64,000 nucleotides of DNA from an uncultured delta proteobacterium (GTDB lineage Bacteria; Desulfobacterota; Desulfomonilia; UBA1062), in NCBI GenBank assembly GCA_963798485.1, contig CAWCTR010000014.1, positions 416,001 through 480,000 on the forward strand. Direction: 5' to 3'. Positions 29,640 to 40,400 of the stretch are shown here, piece by piece. Both the position numbers and the translations under genes were made by a program. The notes beneath the pieces were generated by a model, which saw only the letters and a list, made by a program, of their open reading frames with translations, was not told the DNA's origin and did not search any database. Numbering within the stretch: position 1 is the first letter of the stretch; every line of letters begins with the position of its first letter.

Positions 29640-31465
29640 CAGGCAATCCTCCTCTCTTCGAGAGTGTCATACCGTTGGGCATCCTCGGTGTAGTTGGCTT
29701 CCACATTGATGGTGAACTCATCCACAAAGAGGTAGACATCCGCCATGATATCCTTGATCTTGGTGGTCAGGTAGTTGTATGCGAACAGCGCCGGTATGGC
29801 CAGGATCAGGCCCGTCAGGGTGCAAGCGAGCGCCGACGCGATGCCCGGCGCAATGGCCATAATGTTGGCTTCTCCCACCTGGGCCATGGCCGCAAAGGTG
29901 TTCATGACGCCCCAGACCGTACCCAGCAGCCCCAGGAACGGCCCGCCGGTAATCCCGATGGTCAGGAGAATAAGACCGCTGTTCAGCTTCTGGCCCTCCC
30001 GCAGCGCACCTTTTTCCAGCTCGTTCCTGAAGATGCTTGTTACCTTCGGCGTTATAATATGTTTTCCGTTGATGCTCCTCATGCGGTTGTTAAGGACGTG
30101 ACAGCCCTGCTTGAAGATGCGGTAAACGGGCGAACGCGGATATTCGCCGCAGGTTTTCTCGAAGCCGTAGTAATCGTCCCGCTCCTCGATCAGAGGCATG
30201 AATTCATCGTTCGCCTTGGTGATGTTCCGGATGGTGTTCAACTTGTCGATAAAGAGCACGATGCAGAAGCCCAGGATAATGAGGGTGATGGCAATGATTG
30301 ACCACCCGGAGATTGTGGTGTTTTTGAACACGATCACCAGATAGCCGAACACTTCGAGCATGCCGCCGCCTTTTGGGGCCTCGGCGGCCCCGTAGGAGAG
30401 CAGGGTCGGCTTGGGAGACTGGCTCGAATACTGTGCCTGGACCCAGGGCTTGGAACGTGCGGTATTGGAGATGGTGAGCTCGTCCAGGTCGCCTGCAAAG
30501 CCGTGACCGCCTTTGCCATCGTTGCCGATGACGATCTCGCCTGCGAGATTGGGCAGTGTGGGAGACAGGTCTATACCGTATATGTCCTTGCCGTCGATGT
30601 AGAGCGTAAGCTTGCCCTGGTGCTGGGCGCTCATCACCACATGGTGCCACTGGCCGAGCGTGATCTCGCTGTTGGCCACCGGGGTCATGAGGGTGTCTTC
30701 CCTGCCCGACTTGAGACGGCAGTAGAGCCTGGTCTTGTCTATGCCGATGGTGATCGCCTTGTCCCCTTCTTCCCGGTAGAGGAGATATGCGTCAGCCTGC
30801 GCCGTGTTGGCCCTGATCCAGGAGGAATAGGTAAACCCGCCGGAGATGTCCAGCGACGGGTTCGACTGGATGACGAGCTTGTCCGCTCCGCCTCCAAGCG
30901 TGACCCCTTTGCCCACTATGGCAGGCAGCCCCAATGACCCTGAAAACGCGGAGGCATTGTTGCCGTAGCCCGTGGAGTCCTTGGGCATGCCTTCGGTTTC
31001 GGCAAAGTGGAACACCGCCACATAGTTCTTGTCATAGGTGCCCTTCGTGTCATCGGCCCTGGGCGCCTTCTTGTTGTCGTAATACATCCAGATGAAGTCG
31101 GCCTTGGATGCGGCTGCAACCTTTGGGACGCGCACCCAGATAAGCGCCATCTCGTCGGTGATGTCCAAGAGCTCGATGTGGTGCTTGAGCATTGCCTTGT
31201 CATCCGATGATACGAACCGTATGTCCGAGCCGTCTTCCTTGATGCGCGTGAAGTCGATATTCCCCGTATGGAGCCTGACCAGGACCGGTATTTCGTCCGC
31301 CCCTGCATGGATGTCCGCCCCGGAAGTTGTGGTGTCGATGGTGATCTTCTCCCTGCCCGACCACTCTTCATTCCACCATGCGCGCGCCTCGCCGGACCAT
31401 AGGCAGATCAGCGAGCATGCCAGGAGAACCCCCAGCAACCGATTTCTTATCACATGTGAGTCCAT
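29639..31465 (-). CDS. exbB: DUF2341-LamG-MotA/TolQ/ExbB fusion proton channel
   Basis: Signal peptide, AWWNEEW...PVLVRL...DGSDIRF (DUF2341), WHHVV...LYIDG...FAGDLDEL (LamG), and GPFLGLLGTVWGVMNTF...IAPGIASAL (ExbB). Start ATG 31465 after SD GGAGG. Confidence 0.9.
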   Translation of the reverse strand: MDSHVIRNRLLGVLLACSLICLWSGEARAWWNEEWSGREKITIDTTTSGADIHAGADEIPVLVRLHTGNIDFTRIKEDGSDIRFVSSDDKAMLKHHIELLDITDEMALIWVRVPKVAAASKADFIWMYYDNKKAPRADDTKGTYDKNYVAVFHFAETEGMPKDSTGYGNNASAFSGSLGLPAIVGKGVTLGGGADKLVIQSNPSLDISGGFTYSSWIRANTAQADAYLLYREEGDKAITIGIDKTRLYCRLKSGREDTLMTPVANSEITLGQWHHVVMSAQHQGKLTLYIDGKDIYGIDLSPTLPNLAGEIVIGNDGKGGHGFAGDLDELTISNTARSKPWVQAQYSSQSPKPTLLSYGAAEAPKGGGMLEVFGYLVIVFKNTTISGWSIIAITLIILGFCIVLFIDKLNTIRNITKANDEFMPLIEERDDYYGFEKTCGEYPRSPVYRIFKQGCHVLNNRMRSINGKHIITPKVTSIFRNELEKGALREGQKLNSGLILLTIGITGGPFLGLLGTVWGVMNTFAAMAQVGEANIMAIAPGIASALACTLTGLILAIPALFAYNYLTTKIKDIMADVYLFVDEFTINVEANYTEDAQRYDTLEERRIA

Positions 31466-31481
31466 TAACCCTCCGCCTTTC

Positions 31482-34400
31482 TTACTTGTCCTTATCCTGA
31501 TTCTTGGCCTTTTTCTTCGCCTGGTCATCATTACCCTGTCCGCTGTTATCCTGCCCTTGTTCATCATCGCCGAACCCGATAACCATGACCTTCACCCACT
31601 TAGGCACATAGCTTTCTTCTGCAGCAGCGCTGCTCTTGGCTGCTGACGAAGATATGCCCGACATCTCTTCAGAGAGCTGCGATGACTCGTTCAGGCTGCT
31701 TGTCCCTGACAGTGCGGTGAGGGACCCGGCGTTCGTGTTCGTCAGAGGCACCCCTACGGAGACGCCCGACACCTGGATGTTCTGGGTGTTGCGGACTTGC
31801 TGTGCGCCGATGTACAGGTTCTCTGCCGCAATGCCCGCTTCACCCGCGTCAATGATGCCCGCAGGTGCGAAAATATAGGCGTCGCCGGGCTCCGGGGACG
31901 GAGTCTGATCGTTGATCGAGTAGGTGACCGTGCGGATCCCGCTTCCGGTTGCAGCCGGCAGGTACTCTTGAGTCAGCTGTCCTGAATCTTCATCCCACGT
32001 CCAATCAGAGCCACCCCTTCCGACCGCGGTCTTGGAGCCCCTGCCGGCATTGATGTCACCCTTGTCGCTCCATATCAGGATGTCACCTCCGTAGAGAGTC
32101 ATGACCCTTGACTGCAGGACATCCACGTCCTTGCTCGAAAAGATATCGATATTGCCTCCCTTCCAGGTTTTTATGCCGGTACTTTCGTCAGAGGTCAGGT
32201 CGCTGCGGCCCACGTCCATGGTGCCTGTCGAGAGGATACTGATGTTCGAGTTGGTGCCCTTCGCCGTGATCTGCGAGCTGATCATCCGGATATCACCCTT
32301 AGCCAGGGTGGTATCAGTCCCCTGGGTAGCCGTAGATCCGGTGTCCACCGTGCCGATAAAGGGCTCTATGATGTTCTTATCCGTTTCGGCGACGATATCG
32401 AGCGCTCCTTTGGGATCGTCCTTGAGCTTGGTGCTGTAATCAATGCCTGCCTGCTTGATCTGGCTGAAGAACTGGTCGACGCCTGCCGGGTCCAGTGGGT
32501 GCGTCGCCGGATCGAGACCAGAGGCCACGATGAGATTGCACCCCTGGTTTCCGAGTTGAGAGGAATAGAGTTCAAAATAGTTTCCCTCTGATACAATGCC
32601 TTGCGTGGCCCCAAGGTCAATGGAGTTTCCGGCCTGGACGATTAACGTGCCCGGCCCGCCGTACAAGAACCCGGTCCCATAACCGCTCGCGTCCACCGTG
32701 CTCATGACGATATCGTGTCCTGCGCTTATGACGGAGACATCGTTCTTATGGAGGTTCTGGCCCTGTATGTAGGTGTCGCGGATATCATTGCCCGCCTCTA
32801 TCTGAGCCATCTTGGGCAGGTAGAGCCTCAGGTCGTGGATATCATTGCCTGCATCGATGGTGATCGAGGTATGATCGGCCTCGTGGATCAGGTCTCTGCT
32901 TGCGGATCTGGAGATGTCTCCTGCGATGACCTGGGCTTTTGTATTCTCGGTACTGATTGTTGTATATCTGGGCTTTCCCGTTCCTTCATCAATACTTGTC
33001 TCTATGGATAAACTGATAGGCATTGCAGTGCCGTATACCTGCTGGGGGTCGAAGTCTGACATCTCTATCTTAGCCTCGCAATACGTCAAACCTGTACCTG
33101 ATCCTACAGTGTACGCGCCGCTGATGTCACGGCCTGCAGCCATACTGAGGTTCCCTGTCAGGGAGGGCGCCAGATATAAATCCTGCAGGATATCGATATC
33201 CCGCCCGGCCTCGACCTCCAGGGTCGGCGGAAGCATTTCCTGGGCATTGGTCGTTGACGTCGAATCGCCATTGTAATAGGGCCCTGCTTTCCCGGTTATT
33301 GTGACATCACCCTGAATGGATGTGATGCGCACCTTGGCGTCTTCGGTGTAACTGAATACATCATTGAGGCCTCCGGAAGTCGGCAGCCTGGGGTCGGCAA
33401 GGTTCGGGTTCACGATAGACCCCAGCATGATGTCGCCCTGGGCGGTAAGACGCACGTCCGTATCGAAGGCCTCCACGGCCATGTTCTGATTGTTCGTGCT
33501 TGCCATTTTCTGCTGGTCCGTGCCGATGTTGCCCATGGCGTTCAGCTCGCATACCCCGTCCTTGACCAGAAAACGGCCGTTGATGTCATTGTCTGATACG
33601 ATCTTCAGATCGCTCTCGCCGTTCAGGCCGAAGGTCCCTGCCTGGGCAAAGAAGTCACCACCGGTTCGGATAGAAAGGTCCCCTCCTCCCATGGTGGCAA
33701 TACCCCTAGTACTTTGAAGCAAGCCGTTCGTGTCTGCATAACTTGCCACCCAGGTGGGAGTGGTCATATTGCCGTCCGCATCAACAATAATATTTCCCTG
33801 GTCATCAACCTCGTAGGCTGAAAGACCCGTGTCCCATGCATTCGGGTTGATGCCGCCCTTTACATCACCTCCGACCTTCAGGTTGATGCCGCCGCCGTTG
33901 CCGAACCTCCAGTAAGATGAATACGCATAATGCGGGGATGGCTCCATATATCCTGTCGTACGTATTGCCCCGTCCGTTCCCATGACCACATCCCCATTCA
34001 CCGTAAGATCGATTGCCCCGGCTGCGCTCTGGATGGCCCCGCCCTTCTGAATCTGGGTGCTTCCCGTCAGTAACAGGTCCCTTCCCACCTCGCCTTTGAT
34101 ATCGCCGTCAAAGGTTGCGAGGTTGTACTTCATCGAGCCATTGATCATATATGAAGCAGTAGTTCCTGCGTAAGCCTGCATGATCGTGTCGCGGCCCGAT
34201 GCGAAACGAAGCGGTGCGTTCTCGGTATAGACAAGCTTTGAGCCGATGTTGAGGTCGCCTGTATCGGGCGCGGATATGACGGCCATGGTATCGGCGCTGG
34301 CAAGGTCGGCACCGGCCGCCAGGGTAATACCCCACGAATCCATTTTAGTGTCTGCGGTAAGAGAGGTGAACACCGTGGGGTGGTCTGTAATATTCTGGTT

Positions 34401-37400
34401 GATATTCAGGTTTCCCCCTGCCCTCAGGGTCAGCATGCCGGGCTCGCCCCCAAAACGCCAATTCCATGTTACGGTTTTATTGCCGATCTTGGTCTTATTG
34501 CTTTGGCTGAGATCCCAGGTGCTGCTCAGGGTTATGTCACCCTGGCTCTGGATTTCGATACCGGGCACGAGATGGAACGAATCCGGATCTGATCCGCTCA
34601 GATCCAGAGAGGAAACGAGCCGTTCCTTGACGCCGGAAGCGGCGGCACTGTTCATGAACTTATTGGTATCCTGGTAGTACTTGCCGGAGTAGCCGATGTC
34701 ATTTGCATTGATCACGACATTGACAGCGCCGGTATCAGGGTCAGTGACATAGTCATTGTCCGTGTCCTTATAGACCTTGACGGCCTCTGCAACCACACGC
34801 GAGGCGCCTTTAACCGTGCCTGCGAGGTCCATGCTGACATCTGTGCCGCCGGGGTTGGATGTATCGATACCGGTGCGGTCCGCCCTGAGGTATACCTGGC
34901 CGCCGGTACCTGCAGCTGTTGTTACGTTGCCGTTATTGTCCGTCAGCTGCGGGGACCCGCTCACATCGATGAGGGAGCCTTTCTCCATGGTCAGATCATT
35001 TTGAAGATCCTGGTTCGAGGAGTTGCCTGTCGTTGCGAGCCTTACTTCACCGCCCGCCCTGCCGGTACCTGTACCCTGGGCATTGGCATAGATCGCTCCC
35101 GTCGGTGCAAGGTCGATCTTGCCCGCATTGATCTCCACGCTGCCGCCCTGGGCACCCGCGGCGTCGATGTTCCCGGCTATGGTCAGAATACCCGTATCCG
35201 CGGTCAACTCCACGGACTTGGCGCTCAGCGTATCGCCCGCATTGACCTTCAAGTTCTCTGTGCGATCTCTGATGGAAATCGACTCGGTGAAACCCTTGAG
35301 GCCTTTGGACAGGGCACCGAGATCCACATCACCGCCTCCTCCGTTGATGCTGTTTGCATCAAGCCCAAACGTGCCTGCCAGCCCGGCGTCTCCGGCTATT
35401 CCATTGAGCGTTGTTGCCAAAGCCGCATTACCGTTCGGCGTACTAATCACAACACTGCCTGCATCCCCATGGTAAACGCCCTGGCCATCCTTATATGCCG
35501 AGACATCAATCAGGGAGCCGGCCTGGCCTGTAAATCCTCCTCCACCTGAGGCCAGCGCCACCGCGCCTCCAGGGGTATAGACCTGCGTGCCGTTCACCGC
35601 GGCCTGCACTGTGCCCTGGGCCAGGATCTGCGAACCGTTCTCTAGTGTAATGCCGTCAGCGGCGTCTGAACCCGTCGCCGTGAGCTTGACCGTGGCTGAC
35701 GGTGCCTCGATGATGCCTGCATCGTCTATCGACCTGGCCGTGATCTCCAGCGTGCCTCCCGGGGTCAGGGCCCTGTTGGCCGCAAGCGTGTAATCCTTCT
35801 GGCCGTTGATGGCAAGCGGCCTGGCGCCGGCATCGATGCTGAACTGAGGGGCTTCATACGGCCCCTGGTCGGTCGTATCCGTGGGCGGGTCTCTGTAGAA
35901 TGAGGTCGTGATGCGTCCTGCAGTGATATTCATAACTGCGTCCGGCGCCTGGTTGTTCAAGCTGTCCACACTCAGTGATCCTTTGCCCATGGTTGTAAGG
36001 TCATTGGCGCACTGGATGCCGACAGAGCCGAAGCCGTTCATGATCATATCACCGTGGCCTATGCTCATCTGGTCCGCAGAGACGGTCAGAAGGGCGGTAT
36101 CCGTATTGCCTGCGTCGCTGTTGGGATCTGGATTGTCGGGGTCCGCGATGCTGGTATTCTTCAGGGTGATCGTCTTTGAACCCATCTTCACCAAGCTGGA
36201 ATCGCCAGCCGCATGATCGTGCACGATCCTCGGCGCATCGATATCAAGTTCCGTGCCAGTTTCAAGGTCTACAGCCCCCTCGAAGACCACGTCTTGCGTG
36301 CCCTTGAGGCTGAGGCTTGAGACACCCTGGAAGCCGGTCAGCTTGTCGCTCAGGTAAAGCCCGCCTGTCTGTGCCGACTGGAAGCCGTCAGGGGTGACGA
36401 ATATCCTTTGGGATGTGAGGTTGAGCGCACCGTTATCCACCTTACAGGTGCCTTGGAGGTCAAGGCTGCCGGCCTGGATGTTTATGGTATCTGTGGCATG
36501 GACGGAAGCCCCTTGGCTGATGGTGATATTTCCATTGTAGGTGTTGAGGCTTGCCGCGCCTCCCGTGCCAGTCGCCTCGATGCCGGAGCCCGACGCGAGG
36601 GTGATGGAATCGGCTGCATTCAGGCTCACCTTGTTGGCGGTGAGTACCGCACCGTTCTGCAGGTCTACCGTCTTGGTCTTCGTTATGTCGCCAACGGTGA
36701 TCTCCCCGATCCCCGAGGAGTTGAGTCCTTCCGCAGAGACAGTGCATTTTCCGTCATAATCGGGTGCTGCCGAAGATACCGTTGAGTCATAGGTGAAATC
36801 CTCAGGGAGGAGTACCGGTGATTTCACCACTTCGTTATCCTCGGAAGCTAGGGTCAGAGAGCCGCTCTTGTAGCCGGTTCCCGCCAACGCCTGTGACGCT
36901 ATGGAACCGCTGATGACGGTGGTGGGCCCGCTTATAGAGATGCTGCCTGCATCGCCTCCGACAAGCTCCATTGCCTGGTATCCGCCCTGGTTGACGGTGC
37001 CGTAGCCGCCCTGTTTGAGCACATCGGATGCGGGCCTGATGCTGTATGTATGTGCCAGAGGCGACAAGACGGATGTCCCCTGAATCGTCTGATATCCTTG
37101 CGTGAGTGGATAGCCTTCCGTGGATGAGGTGAAGGAACCCGGCGTTGTAATGACACCGAGGTCGGATATGACGTAAGCTCCCGGCAGGAAGGCGTATTCT
37201 TCATGGTCTTTCGAAGATACCAGGGTGTATGTGCCGGATGGAAGCCCGGCTGCGCCGTTCAGCTTGACCGCATTTCCGGGCAAGGTCAACCCGGGTACGA
37301 TAATATACTGGGCGCTCTGCTGGAGTGGGTCGGTGGAGCCCATGATGCCCGGCTGAAATACATAGGAGAATATCGAGCCCCCTCCCGACGTATCGATAGT

Positions 37401-40400
37401 AGCCCCCTGCTTGACAATGACCTCATCGGCTGCCGAAATACTTATGGCCTTGTCCGGGACCGTGGCTGTCTGTGCGAGCTGGGTATTGGAAGGATCGATC
37501 TTGTCCGGCACGGTCCAGGAGGTGGCGTTCGCATCGAGCGTTCCGTAGAGGACCAGGCCCTGGCCCTTGGTGGAAAGAGTACTCCCGGTGTCCAGGTATA
37601 TCTTGTCAGTGTTATTGGTATCAGGATTACCGAGGGTGATGGCGCCCATGGGGGCGTAGATCGCACCGCCATGGTCGATGTTCCGCGCGTCTATGGTCAG
37701 ACTTCCGCCTGCCGATAAAATGGGGCCTTCCGTGATTCCCTGGCCCGGCTTGGTGGTGACGGTGCCGTATAGGATGTCGCCTTTGTCGTCTGTATACCCC
37801 AAGGCATCGATGGAGAAAGCACTCCGGGTGGTTGGATATATGCGATCGGCAGTAAGGGTCAGGTCCCCGGGAATCTGGAGGGAACCATCGATCACTGTGG
37901 GTTGTTGAGTGCTGTCATGATTTAGTGGTGTACTATATCTCGTATCCGAAAGTCTGATATCGTGCGTTGCCGTGAGGCCCACATCCTTGAACCCTTCCAG
38001 TTTGACGCTGCCGGTCACGTCGATAAAGTCACCCGAGAGGGCAAGCGACCCGGCCGGTGCCGCCGGTGCAGTTTCCTGGCCGGTGCTGGTGTTTTCAGAA
38101 GGCTGATAAGGATAATAGGAGTTGGTGAGCGTGATCATGGGCGCCTTGAGACTTATATCCTGCGTTCCGCTGATGACCGGGGCATCCAGGGTGAGGGCCC
38201 TTGCTATCGCCGTGTCCGTGATGTCATCAGCCTGGGTGCGGGAGATGTCCAGGGAAAACCTGCTCGCCAGGGTGATGTCATCGAACCCGCTGCTCACATA
38301 CCCATTGATATCATCCGTGGTTACGTTCAGATTCCCTGTGACAGGGTCCACATCGTTGGTCTTGCTTATGATGAGGGTGCCGCCCTTCAAGCCATCCAGG
38401 CGGGCGCCCGCCATGAGTGTTCCCTTGTTATCGAGTTCACCGTAAGATGACAGCTTCACCGTCCCGGGATCGGATGCGATATTGATAGATGAGATGGTGC
38501 CGTCATTCTTGGTGATCGTGTAGGGAGTCGGCTGCGAACCCGACACATCGATTGTTGCGCCTTTATCGATGGTTAGGTCACCGTAGTGATCTGTATTGCT
38601 GTTTTTTGCTTCAAGGTCCACAACCCCTGCATTAACCGGGGTCATGGTTGTTTCGAGTCCTTTTGCAGGCGCCTTCAGATTCTGCATGTTGTAACCTGCG
38701 GCACTGATCACGGCTGTGGACGCGATATGTAATCCCTGGACCTCGCTGTCAGGATCACCGAGAAATGTCCCGCTGCTCTCATTCGAGACAGCCGTTATCG
38801 TGCCAGCAGGCGAACTCAGGCTGCCTGCGATCTCGATGCGGGGTGCATTGAGGGTAATAGCGCCTCCGGGGGCCGACTGGATCGAAGACTTTTCCGGAAT
38901 ATCGATTGTCGCTGACAGGTCGATTATATTCGATGAGCTGCTGGTGGGTTTCTGTAAAGGGATATCCAGCGGTTGCCCGGCATTCAAAGAGATCGATGAT
39001 GACCCGAGATACATAGGGTCAATGGTAAAGAGTCCTTTCTGCTTGAGTTCCCCGCTTGATGCCTCCTCCATGGCATTGTAGTTATCGACGCCGCCATTTC
39101 CTCCTGCCGGTGTCGGGGTGATCATCTTCACCAGGGACGGCTTGAGTATAACCGGGTCGTCATCCGAGCCGAACTTAAGGTCGTGAAGGCTGTAGAGCGC
39201 CACCTGGGTGAATCCCGTATCGTCAAGGCGGTGCTCCCACAGGTTGACCGTGCCGGGCTTGTATTTGTCTTTATCGAGTGTATCGAGCGGGCTGTCCGTC
39301 ACGGCTATGTCGGGGGCATGCAGCTCAATGGTGCCGCCGTTGCTGCCTGCCAGGGAGTAACCCCTGATATCACCGTCCAGGACAAGAGCAGAACCCTGGA
39401 TGGAAAGCTTCCCGGCATTTCCTCCTGTTATCGTGCCATTTTGCGCAATGGCATACCCTCCGCTTACATCCACGCGTGCATCTTTTGTTATCAGGACACC
39501 CTTGCCTTCTTCAGTCTTGTCCTGAAGCGAGATGGTACCTCCCGTAGTATTTCCGGTCGGTCTCAGGCCGGTGTCCATACTTCCGGTCTGGGAATTGTCT
39601 ATGCTGAGCCCACTCACATCGAGCGTGCCGCCTATATAGATCTGCTGTCTGATATCCCGGTAATCCGGGTTATCATTTACCTCTTCCGTATCAAAGTTGG
39701 TAAGGCCCTTAAGGTATGTCTGGTTCTCTTCCAGGGTAAATTTTATCGATCCCGAGGGAGCCCTGATGCCGGCAAAATCCTCTATGCTCCGGGCCTTGAT
39801 ATCAATCTCCCCTCCGGGACATAACGTGAGGTCCGCACCCCTTTCAAGGGTGACGACCGTATTCGAGTTGATCTGAATGGTTTTCAGTAAGGCATTGTTC
39901 AGGGTATCAGGAGACAGGTACGAGACACCTTGCCTTTCAACGGGATAGGGATTACTTTTGGAATCTACCCCGAAGTCATCCGGAAGTCGGGTGAAGTCCT
40001 GGCTGATGACGACATCGCCGAGTTTATGGTCTGCTGCTTGGATATCGCTTATTGCACCATCTCTTAAGGTATAATCGCTTCCCATGATAAGGGTGCCGCC
40101 ACTTGGCTCCATATTGGATCCTGCCAGCACCTTGCTGTTTCCGCTCGTGTTCAGCGGGTCCGATGCCTGGGTCTGGAAGATGCCCGGCACTGCAGATCCT
40201 TTCATGGTACCCTCAAATGCGATATGGGGTGCTATGAGGGTGAGGGTCCCGGCATCGTCCCCCTGGCTGAATCCGGTGGCATAGTCCTTGATTGAGCTGC
40301 CGCCGCCGAAGTAGATGCCGCTGTATGTCTCGGTAATGCCGAAGCGGTTATACACCTGTTGGTAGTTCCCAAGCACCTTGTCATACGTTATCGATTCGGG

